UHGV virus genome: UHGV-0374782
Source of the DNA: a virus
Strand: one strand, 5' to 3'
DNA length: 10,384 bases
Positions 1 to 6,303 of this stretch are shown one piece after another (position 1 is the stretch's first letter; each line of letters begins with the position of its first letter). The position numbers and the translations under genes were made by a program. The notes beneath the pieces are model-generated. The model made no database searches, was not told where the DNA came from, and saw nothing but the letters and a program-made list of their open reading frames with translations.

Positions 1-1812
1 GCTGATGCCAATGGCAAAATGCGCCCAAAGGAAACTGTGTTACTGGATTTGTACAAGGCCACGCAGAAATACGGGCAGGTTGATCAGGTTTCATTCTTTA
101 AAAACATTGCCGGTGAAGAAGCCTTTGTGGGTTTGCAAACACTGGTACAGGCGGCGGGTTCTGGTGAACTGCAAAAGCTGACAAAAGAACTTCAGGGGGC
201 AGCCGGTGAATCAGCGATCGTTGCAAAAAAAATGGCTGACAACCTGGGTGGTGACCTGAAAGAGCTCGACAGCGCCTGGGAAGCGTTCCGCATTCAGGTC
301 GAAGAACTCGCAGACGGTGCATTACGCAAATTAACTCAGGCATTAAGTGGCACTATCGGGGTTATGACAGAGTGGGCGCATAACAACCCCCAACTTTCAA
401 AAGCACTGCTGGTGACACTCGGAAGCACCCTGGCACTGACCGCCGGAATTGGCGCAACCTCCCTGGCGGTGGGCCTGCTGCTGGGGCCGCTGGCAAAGTT
501 ACAGCTTGGCTTTACCCTGTTAACCAGTGCAAGCGGGCTGGGTGGTGCGATCCCTCTGTTTACCCGTCTCGGTAGTGTGATTACCGGGCCGCTTGGCAGT
601 ATCCGCGGCTGGGGCCAGGCGTTCAGCATGATGGCAGGAAGCACCGGAAAACTCACTGCCGTATTAACGCCATTGCGCGGGATGATGGCGGCAGCGTTTA
701 TTTCACCAGGGGCGGCGCTCAGTGGTCTGGTTAAGGGTATTGGCGGCTTACTTCTCAGGCTGACCGGTATCCCTGCCATTATGGGAATAGCGTCATCAGC
801 GCTTAGCGCATTAGGCGGCGCGCTCTCTTTGCTGTTAAGTCCAATCGGCTTGATTGGCGCGGCATTTATCGCAACAGGGTTGCTGATCTGGCGATTCTGG
901 GAACCCATTAAGGCATTTTTTGCAGGCTTCTTTTCCGGGGTTATGCAGGCGCTGACGCCATTCCGGGATGCTTTCGCGGGTCTGGCCCCCGTTTTTGGGG
1001 TGATCGCTAATGCCGTCTCGCAGTTGTGGCAGTGGTTTAGCAATCTGCTGACCCCCGTGAACGCCAGTAAAGAGACGCTGGATAAATGCGCCAGCGCCGG
1101 GGAGACATTCGGCAGGGTCTTTGGCCTCGCCATTCAGGGGCTCATGTTACCTCTGACCGGGCTGGCCAAGATGGTTGGCTGGATTCTGGAAAAGCTGGGG
1201 CTGATACCCTCAGGAATCGACGCGGCAAAAGCGAAAGCGGAGAAAGTCCAGAAGGAATTAACACCGGCAGGGCTGGCATTACTTCAGGACAAAGTAAGTG
1301 CACTGACCGGAGATATTAAAGCCGCAAGCCAGCCTGTTGCAGCGCCGCCGTCACCCGTCATTGCAACTGAAACAGGAACCCAGCGCCGCCTGCAAAAAAT
1401 TGCTGACAACACCGGCGGGATGCTGGATGAAACCAAAAAGCAGCGGATTGGCCCCGGTGATATCGTGTTTAAAAACCTGCCCCAGGCACTCGCCGTTCAT
1501 GGTGCATGGCAGGAAGCACGATCAACGCCCGGAGCGAACCTGGCGCAACTTGGCGCACGAACAGTGATTGCAGCAGCATCCGCACCAATCAAACCACCGG
1601 TAACAGCACCGGCAGTGGGGCAACCTGGCAGGGCTGAACGAAGCTCCCAGGCGAAAACCGCCGCACCATTTGGGGAAATGCATGTTCATGTACACCTTCA
1701 CGGTAATTTCACGGATAACGCACGCGATATTGCCCGCGCAGCCGCTGACGCAGTACAGGCGGAATTTGATAAACGTTTCCGCTCACGTAGCAGCTTCAGT
1801 GACAACGATTAA
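1..1812 (+). CDS. Phage tail tape measure protein (P2 gpT-like), 5'-partial; the frame is open from base 1, so the gene starts upstream of the window
   Basis: About 600-codon ORF with no in-frame stop from base 1 (the ATG at 19 is internal). Long Gly/Ala/Leu-rich hydrophobic central stretches and coiled-coil-like ends are typical of tape measure proteins. It is followed 11 nt downstream by a gpU-like gene, as in the P2 FI-FII-E-T-U-D operon. Stop TAA at 1810..1812. Confidence 0.85.
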   Translation, partial: ADANGKMRPKETVLLDLYKATQKYGQVDQVSFFKNIAGEEAFVGLQTLVQAAGSGELQKLTKELQGAAGESAIVAKKMADNLGGDLKELDSAWEAFRIQVEELADGALRKLTQALSGTIGVMTEWAHNNPQLSKALLVTLGSTLALTAGIGATSLAVGLLLGPLAKLQLGFTLLTSASGLGGAIPLFTRLGSVITGPLGSIRGWGQAFSMMAGSTGKLTAVLTPLRGMMAAAFISPGAALSGLVKGIGGLLLRLTGIPAIMGIASSALSALGGALSLLLSPIGLIGAAFIATGLLIWRFWEPIKAFFAGFFSGVMQALTPFRDAFAGLAPVFGVIANAVSQLWQWFSNLLTPVNASKETLDKCASAGETFGRVFGLAIQGLMLPLTGLAKMVGWILEKLGLIPSGIDAAKAKAEKVQKELTPAGLALLQDKVSALTGDIKAASQPVAAPPSPVIATETGTQRRLQKIADNTGGMLDETKKQRIGPGDIVFKNLPQALAVHGAWQEARSTPGANLAQLGARTVIAAASAPIKPPVTAPAVGQPGRAERSSQAKTAAPFGEMHVHVHLHGNFTDNARDIARAAADAVQAEFDKRFRSRSSFSDND

Positions 1813-1823
1813 AGAGGATTGAA

Positions 1824-2312
1824 ATGATGATGGTTTACGGAATGTTCGTCTTTGAATTGAAGACCGTTCCACACCAACAAATGCAACAGTCAAAAACCTG
1901 GCGGCATGTGAAAAATGAGCGCATTAACCGTTCAGCAAAATGGCAGTACATTGGCGCTGGCGATGATCAGATCACGCTTTCCGGCGTGCTGTATCCTCAG
2001 ATTACCGGTGGCAAGGTTAGCCTTGCTGTACTGGATACGCAGGCATACACCGGACGGCCCTGGCCCCTGATTAGCGGCACAGGGCAGATCTTCGGGATGT
2101 ATGCCCTTACCCAGCTACAGACCACGCATACTGAATTCGACCGGTATGGAGAGGCAAAGAAAATAGAATTTACTATTACCTTCCAGCGAGAAGATGAAGA
2201 CCTCAGAGAAAGCCTTCAGTCATCATCCGTGGGGGATTTACTTAACAACCTACAGAGTACCGCCAAATCAGCGTATAACAGCGTGAGCGCCGCCACATCA
2301 AGCCTGTTTTAA
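1824..2312 (+). CDS. Phage tail protein U (P2 gpU-like)
   Basis: 162-aa ORF starting MMMVYGMFVFELKTVP..., recalled similarity to P2 gpU. Shine-Dalgarno AGAGGA lies 7 nt upstream of the ATG at 1824. It directly follows the tape measure stop, consistent with translational coupling. Confidence 0.85.
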   Translation: MMMVYGMFVFELKTVPHQQMQQSKTWRHVKNERINRSAKWQYIGAGDDQITLSGVLYPQITGGKVSLAVLDTQAYTGRPWPLISGTGQIFGMYALTQLQTTHTEFDRYGEAKKIEFTITFQREDEDLRESLQSSSVGDLLNNLQSTAKSAYNSVSAATSSLF

Positions 2313-2324
2313 CCGTTGACCAAT

Positions 2325-2354
2325 GCCGCGCCACCAGGTGCGGCTTTTATTTTT
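2325..2354 (+). terminator. Rho-independent terminator of the T-U transcription unit
   Basis: GCCGCGCC-ACCA-GGTGCGGC hairpin (8-bp GC-rich stem with one G-U pair, 4-nt loop) followed by TTTTATTTTT, 13 nt after the U stop. On the opposite strand there is no U-run after the hairpin, so it is unidirectional. Confidence 0.7.
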
Positions 2355-2391
2355 CAGCGTTCCGCAACTGAATCTTCTGGCTGCACCAGGG

Positions 2392-2945
2392 CTAATATTT
2401 ACCGGCGGGGATTTTTTTGTATAAGGTCGATATCCCAACATCATAAATAATCGCCACACGCCGCCGTGATTCTCCTGCCGCTAACAATCTTTCTGCCTGC
2501 GCCCATTGCTCCGGGGTTAATTTTGGTTTTCTGCCGCCGATCCTGCCCTCTGCACGCGCCGCAGACAATCCCGCCCTGGTGCGTTCGACAATCAACTCTC
2601 GCTCCATTTCAGCCAGTGCGCCCATGACGTGAAAGAAAAAACGCCCCATTGGCGAAGACGTATCTATGCTGTCAGTCAGGCTGCGAAAGTTAATCTCCCT
2701 TTCCCGCAGTTCCTCCACTAAAACGACAAGATGCCGCATGCTGCGACCGAGGCGATCCAGTTCCAGACCACAAGAGTATCGCCCTCTGACAAGGTTCGGA
2801 GCAGCCTTTTAAGCCCTGGTCTGTCTGATGTTTTACCGCTGATTTTGTCTTCAAAAATAAGCTCACATCCTGCGCACTCCAGTGCATTTCGCTGTAATGC
2901 GGTGTTCTGGTCATTTGTTGATACACGCACATAGCCGATAAGCAT
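2392..2945 (-). pseudogene. pin: Serine DNA invertase (Hin/Gin/Cin/Pin family), interrupted by a 1-nt frameshift
   Basis: Two adjacent minus-strand ORFs (2718..2945 and 2392..2739) together cover a full-length invertase. The N-terminal part has MLIGYVRVSTNDQNT...GDTLVVW with the catalytic Ser in VRVS. The C-terminal part has SLTDSIDTSSPMGRFFFHVMGALAEMERELIVERT and a C-terminal HTH. The frames rejoin if one nucleotide is restored in the sense sequence GTGGTCTGGAA-CTGGATCGCCTCGGTCGC (plus coords about 2760..2765), which would read W-K-L-D-R-L-G-R as in intact family members. The symbol is a family-level assignment. Confidence 0.85.
2846..2926. promoter_or_regulatory. Putative Fis-dependent recombinational enhancer inside the 5' coding region of the invertase gene
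   Basis: In hin, gin and cin the enhancer lies within the first ~100 bp of the invertase ORF, over codons for ...STxDQNxxLQRNAL.... The equivalent codons here (VSTNDQNTALQRNALECAGCE) map to about 2846..2926. This is positional inference only; individual Fis sites were not resolved. Confidence 0.3.
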
Positions 2946-2968
2946 GATAAATAGCCCTGTAAAAAGCC

Positions 2969-3550
2969 GTGATCATGCCATCCGAACGGAATAACTGCAT
3001 TTTCCAAAAGGTTGGTTTGGGAGAAGGCTCTGCATTACCGGTTGGGGTGCCTGTTCCGTGGCCTTCAGCCACTCCGCCAACAGGCTGGCTGAAATGCAAT
3101 GGTGCGGCTTTTTCTGCTGAAGAATACCCGGAACTGGCAAAGGCTTACCCGACCAATAAATTGCCTGATTTACGCGGTGAATTTATTCGTGGCTGGGATG
3201 ATGGACGTGGAGTGGATGCGGGGCGAGCCTTGCTAAGTCTTCAGGATGACTCTTTTGAAGCTCACAGACATGAGTCCTTTTTTTACGCGGGTATTTCACG
3301 CAATGAAACACCATTAAAAAATCTTCCAAGTTCAGACGAGATGCTGACTTTAAGTTCCACAACTAATGCCTTGTCCCCGGACAGTATTGATGCCACCAAT
3401 TCGTTAATTGGTAATGATGATTACAACTGTCTGATTGAAGGAAATAAAAATAACAAACGAACGGCAACGGGGTTGAGTACCAGTATTGTCGGTGCAGCAG
3501 AGACACGCCCACGTAATATTTCATTTAATTACATTGTGAGGGCTGCATGA
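2969..3550 (+). CDS. Alternative tail-fibre C-terminal cassette (Mu Sv'/P1 Sv'-like), silent in the present orientation
   Basis: The ORF reads through the crossover site in the same frame as the tail fibre gene (…FQKVGLGE|GSALPVGVPVPWP…). It carries the tail-collar motif PWP…PxGWLKCNG…YPELAKAYP…LPDLRGEFIRGWDDGRG and ends …NISFNYIVRAA, like Mu S / P1 S C-termini. The ATG at 2969 is unlikely to be a real start; only codons from about 3014 would be fused to the fibre constant region after inversion. Confidence 0.75.
   Translation: MIMPSERNNCIFQKVGLGEGSALPVGVPVPWPSATPPTGWLKCNGAAFSAEEYPELAKAYPTNKLPDLRGEFIRGWDDGRGVDAGRALLSLQDDSFEAHRHESFFYAGISRNETPLKNLPSSDEMLTLSSTTNALSPDSIDATNSLIGNDDYNCLIEGNKNNKRTATGLSTSIVGAAETRPRNISFNYIVRAA
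3000..3025. other. Invertase crossover site (gix/pix/hix-like), left boundary of the invertible segment
   Basis: 26-bp imperfect palindrome TTTTCCAAAAGG-TT-GGTTTGGGAGAA. The right half-site fits the family consensus GGTTTnnGAGAA exactly, and it is in inverted orientation relative to the site at 4638..4663. Confidence 0.8.
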
Positions 3551-4155
3551 TGTATAACGCTATCTTAAATAATAAATTTATTGCCACAAAGGCAGGAGAG
3601 GTTACCGTTTATAACTATGACAGTGAGACACGGGAGTATATTTCTGCATCAATTGAATATCTTGCTGTGGGTGTCGGTATCCCCGCATATTCCTGTTTAG
3701 ATGCTCCTGGCACACATAAGGCTGGTTATGCAATCTGCCGTTCTGCAGATTTTAACTCATGGGAATATGTGCCAGACCATCGCGGTGAAATCGTCTTTAG
3801 CACCGAAACAGGAGAATCAAAAGAAATCACAGCTCCGGGTGATTACCCTGATAATACAACCACTATCGCCCCGTTAACACCATACGATAAATGGGATGGT
3901 GAGAAATGGGTGACGGATACCGATGCACAGCATAGCGCCGCAGTAGATGCAGCAGAAGCACAACGCCTGTCGCTGATTGATACTGCAATGGCTTCCATCA
4001 GTCTGATTCAACTGAAATTACAGGCCGGACGGAATCTGACGCAGGCAGAAACCAGCCGACTTAACACGGTGCTGGATTACATTGACGCGGTGACGGCAAC
4101 AGATACCAGCACCGCGCCTGATATTATTTGGCCTGTATTCCCTGAGACTGATTAA
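3547..4155 (+). CDS. Tail fibre assembly protein (Tfa / Mu U'-like chaperone) for the alternative fibre tip
   Basis: 202-aa ORF overlapping the upstream cassette stop by ATGA. The C-terminal motif …LNTVLDYIDAVTATDTSTAPDIIWPVFPE is characteristic of the Tfa/gpG/U chaperone family. Confidence 0.85.
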   Translation: MMYNAILNNKFIATKAGEVTVYNYDSETREYISASIEYLAVGVGIPAYSCLDAPGTHKAGYAICRSADFNSWEYVPDHRGEIVFSTETGESKEITAPGDYPDNTTTIAPLTPYDKWDGEKWVTDTDAQHSAAVDAAEAQRLSLIDTAMASISLIQLKLQAGRNLTQAETSRLNTVLDYIDAVTATDTSTAPDIIWPVFPETD

Positions 4156-4384
4156 CCTCAATTAGTATTGGTTCGCCTTTCTCATTAATTGTTAGCTCCA
4201 TGCCCTGAGGAATTTCTGTCATAGTAAAAAACCAGTTGTCCTCCGGTAATTCAATAGCCCCGGTCACGTCATGAAGACCGGGGATTACTTCAGTCAAAGT
4301 AACTGGATTAAACAGGCGCACAATAAACCCTCCAGGAAAAAGCATTTGATGATGGTCTGCCGTCGTACATCTGGCAGCGGGCAT
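4124..4384 (-). CDS. Hypothetical small ORF downstream of the expressed fibre tip; the start is uncertain (candidate ATGs at 4345, 4222, 4201) and it may not be a gene
   Basis: 86-codon ORF whose 5' end overlaps the fibre gene's 3' end in another frame and whose 3' end overlaps the 3' end of the convergent Tfa gene by 32 nt. No convincing Shine-Dalgarno precedes any internal ATG. It has no Tfa-like C-terminal motif. It occupies the position where Mu or P1 would carry the second chaperone gene. Confidence 0.2.
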   Translation of the reverse strand: MPAARCTTADHHQMLFPGGFIVRLFNPVTLTEVIPGLHDVTGAIELPEDNWFFTMTEIPQGMELTINEKGEPILIEVNQSQGIQAK

Positions 4385-5699
4385 AAAAGCCGGTATTTGT
4401 TAACTGATCATCCACGATCATTGAAACGTGAACATTATTAGGTGTGCTCTCGTAATCCGTTCTTATTCTTTCCGCGATACTGATAAAACGTGAAAGTTTA
4501 GGCAGTGCAATTGGGTAAACAACTTTAGCCAGTCCATTATCATTAGATCCACCGGTTCCAAATACTTCTATTGCACCATCTGACCAGCGTATCCATGCAC
4601 CATTGGCATTAGCTCCTCGCTGAATGACATATCTGGCTTCTCCCAAACCAAGGTATTGGAGAAGGCCTGAAACACTTTTCCCACTGAGGTCGGTCAGTGT
4701 GGCATCCAGTGGTTGTTTACCTGCCAGTGCATTTGTGATTGTCGTGGCGAAGTTAGGGTCATTACCCAATGCGGCCGCCAGTTCATTTAACGTATCCAGT
4801 GCCTCCGGCGACGAGCCGACCAGCCCGGCAACCGCTGCTTTCACAAATGCCGTGGTAGCAATCTGCGTATTATTCACCGTCTGCGCAGCCGTCGGAGCCG
4901 TCGGCGTTCCGGTCAGGGCCGGGCTTGCCAGTGGTGCTTTCAGCGCCAACGCATTGTTAATAGTGGTGCTGAAATTTGGGTCATTGTTGATAGCCACAGC
5001 AATTTCTTTCAGCGTATCCAGCGTTGCCGGTGCTCCGCCGATCAGGGTAAGAATCGCCGCCTGCACAAAAGCAGTACTGGCAATCTGCGTGGTGTTATTC
5101 CCTGCCGGTGCCGTTGGTGTTTTTGGCGTTCCGGTAAGTGACGGGCTTTCCTTCGGTGCATATTGCTTATGCGGATCTGCCGCCGAAAGGTGAGAGTCCA
5201 TCAGCTTAGTTGCATAACTCTTAACCTCAAGCACTGCCACATCAACATACTGACGCGTTGCGAGTACCACAGACGGATCAATCTTCAGGGTAACTGCGTC
5301 CGTGCTCGATACAGTTAGAAGCATCCTGATAACCTGAGTTCGGCCCGATCCCTCATCTGTTGTCGCCTTGTATGTTTCCGGGCAGTTAGCAACAGCAATC
5401 AAATCACCATCAGCATCAAAAAGCCCGATTTCGCGAATCCACCAACCACCGGCAGATTCAGGAATAATTTGTTCTGCAATAATCTGGCTGTCGTTGTTTT
5501 TATCGACTGACAGGGAATTAAGCTGGGCGCGGCGCACCTCGTTAACCAGCTTCGTTTGAGCCTGGTTAGGGGTTGGCGATACACCGCCGCCATCACCTAC
5601 CGCGAGTGAAGTGATATTCAGCTTTTCACCCAGCGCCGCCATGTTTGATAATTTTGCTGCCCCCACATTAGTCAGCAGGGCAAAGTATTTAAGCGCCAT
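4308..5699 (-). CDS. Tail fibre protein (P2 gpH-like); constant region about aa 1-350, variable tip about aa 355-463 lying inside the invertible segment
   Basis: The N-terminus (…AVGDGGG…, …IRMLLTVSS…) resembles P2 gpH / Mu S N-terminal baseplate-attachment domains. The shaft has two about 74-aa repeats (LTGTP…NNTQIA.TAFV…LDTL.E.A.A..NDPNF.TTI.NALA.K). The C-terminal tip (…GAWIRWSDGAIEVFGT…VVYPIALP…TGFYARCQ…FSWRVY…) looks like a complete distal receptor-binding domain, but of a different class from the silent cassette. The start overlaps the upstream gpI-like gene end. Confidence 0.9.
   Translation of the reverse strand: MALKYFALLTNVGAAKLSNMAALGEKLNITSLAVGDGGGVSPTPNQAQTKLVNEVRRAQLNSLSVDKNNDSQIIAEQIIPESAGGWWIREIGLFDADGDLIAVANCPETYKATTDEGSGRTQVIRMLLTVSSTDAVTLKIDPSVVLATRQYVDVAVLEVKSYATKLMDSHLSAADPHKQYAPKESPSLTGTPKTPTAPAGNNTTQIASTAFVQAAILTLIGGAPATLDTLKEIAVAINNDPNFSTTINNALALKAPLASPALTGTPTAPTAAQTVNNTQIATTAFVKAAVAGLVGSSPEALDTLNELAAALGNDPNFATTITNALAGKQPLDATLTDLSGKSVSGLLQYLGLGEARYVIQRGANANGAWIRWSDGAIEVFGTGGSNDNGLAKVVYPIALPKLSRFISIAERIRTDYESTPNNVHVSMIVDDQLTNTGFYARCQMYDGRPSSNAFSWRVYCAPV
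4638..4663. other. Invertase crossover site (gix/pix/hix-like), right boundary of the invertible segment
   Basis: Plus strand TTCTCCCAAACCAAGGTATTGGAGAA; its reverse complement is TTCTCCAATACC-TT-GGTTTGGGAGAA. It shares 23 of 27 positions with the 3000..3025 site and the same central TT dinucleotide. Confidence 0.8.
4700..5145. repeat. Intragenic tandem direct repeat, two units with a 222-bp period, encoding the tail-fibre shaft repeats
   Basis: Anchors repeat at a 222-bp offset: gggtcatt at 4756 and 4978, cgtatccag at 4791 and 5013, gcaatctgcgt at 4858 and 5080. The units are imperfect (very roughly 70% identical by eye). Boundaries are approximate. Confidence 0.6.
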
Positions 5700-6303
5700 T
5701 TGTTACCTCTAACGTATCAATAATATGTATTGCTCCCCCAGGGAAATAACCGCCGCTTACTTCCACTGCTTCCGGCATATAGGGGTAAATTGTCATCACG
5801 TCGCCGCCATAGCACCCGGCGTGAGCGTAAAGCTTTCCCTCCACCTGCAAATTAATGGCAAGGCCGGTAAGGTGACGTGAGCACGGTTTTGCATCAGCGA
5901 TCAGGCGCTCAAGCTCACGATAGGTCTCCTCAGTAATTCCTGATTCAGAAACACCGATTTCAAGCTGAAATGTCCCTGGCTCACCGCCGGTCTGCCACCA
6001 CTCGATCACCTTTATCAGGAAGCCGAACGGCTCCACTACATGGCGTAGCGCCGCGATGGTTCCCTTCTGACGATGTACCACCCAGGCTGATTTGATCACC
6101 TGGCGTTTCGTTTGCTCTGACCAGTTCTTATCCCAGCGATCAACAGACAGCGCCCACGCCAGATAAGGCAGGAGGGCAACCGGGCATTCATCGGGATTCC
6201 ACAGCTTGCGCAAATCTACCGGAATATCTGTTATGCGCTGCGTACCCGCCTCTGCACGACGCATGAAATCGCTGGCTGAAGGAGGTAACAGACTTTTATT
6301 CAT
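5689..6303 (-). CDS. Baseplate / tail protein I (P2 gpI-like)
   Basis: Contains …LWNPDECPVALLPYLAWALSVDRWD…HRQKGTIAALRHVVEPFGFLIKVIEWW…ERLIADAKPCSRHL…, recalled similarity to P2 gpI. The preferred start is the ATG at 6303 (MNKSLLPP…), preceded by GAGGGGGA and overlapping the J stop in ATGAATAA. The longest ORF would extend to 6357, which would overlap the J-like gene by 60 nt and is less likely. Confidence 0.85.
   Translation of the reverse strand: MNKSLLPPSASDFMRRAEAGTQRITDIPVDLRKLWNPDECPVALLPYLAWALSVDRWDKNWSEQTKRQVIKSAWVVHRQKGTIAALRHVVEPFGFLIKVIEWWQTGGEPGTFQLEIGVSESGITEETYRELERLIADAKPCSRHLTGLAINLQVEGKLYAHAGCYGGDVMTIYPYMPEAVEVSGGYFPGGAIHIIDTLEVTNGA

Larger units (their letters stand above)
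3000..4663. other. Invertible DNA segment (G-segment/P-segment-like tail-fibre host-range switch), about 1.66 kb
   Basis: Bounded by the two inverted 26-bp crossover sites and adjacent to the invertase gene. It contains the variable 3' end of the expressed tail fibre gene on the minus strand, and a promoterless alternative tail-fibre 3' cassette plus a Tfa gene on the plus strand. Both fusion frames are conserved across the crossover (GGT TTG GGA GAA = G-L-G-E in each). Confidence 0.75.

Noticed and set aside
98-1567. Minus- and plus-strand ORFs inside the tape measure gene (98..343 -, 336..1133 -, 1086..1319 +, 1337..1567 +)
   Set aside because: They lie antisense to or out of frame within a long, well-supported CDS. 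Their products are Pro/Arg/Ser-rich low-complexity translations typical of shadow ORFs in GC-rich coding DNA, with no start or ribosome-binding context.
2313-2391. Possible defence-system or moron cargo at the tail-fibre / F-operon junction (the Z/fun hotspot position of P2-like phages)
   Set aside because: Only 79 bp separate the U stop from the invertase stop, and they are filled by the terminator hairpin. No additional ORF or system is present there in this window.
2969-3013. ATG at 2969 as an independent start codon for the alternative fibre cassette
   Set aside because: The 15 codons before the crossover site lie outside the invertible segment and have no ribosome-binding site. The cassette is expected to be expressed only as a fusion to the fibre constant region after inversion.
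2690-3099. ORFs 2690..3007 (-), 2731..2934 (+) and 2911..3099 (-) overlapping the invertase and the left crossover site
   Set aside because: They are alternative-frame or antisense readings of the invertase gene and the fibre cassette. The invertase reading is strongly supported by family motifs, and these are not.
4700-5145. Possible CRISPR array or diversity-generating retroelement template/variable repeat pair in the fibre gene
   Set aside because: The repeats are two long (222-bp), imperfect, in-frame coding units without spacers. No reverse transcriptase gene and no near-identical adenine-variable repeat pair are present, so this is ordinary fibre shaft repeat structure.
4624-5193. 189-aa plus-strand ORF antisense to the tail fibre gene
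   Set aside because: It lies entirely within the fibre shaft repeats, and the Ala/Val/Gly-rich translation mirrors the repeat's codon composition. It is a shadow ORF.
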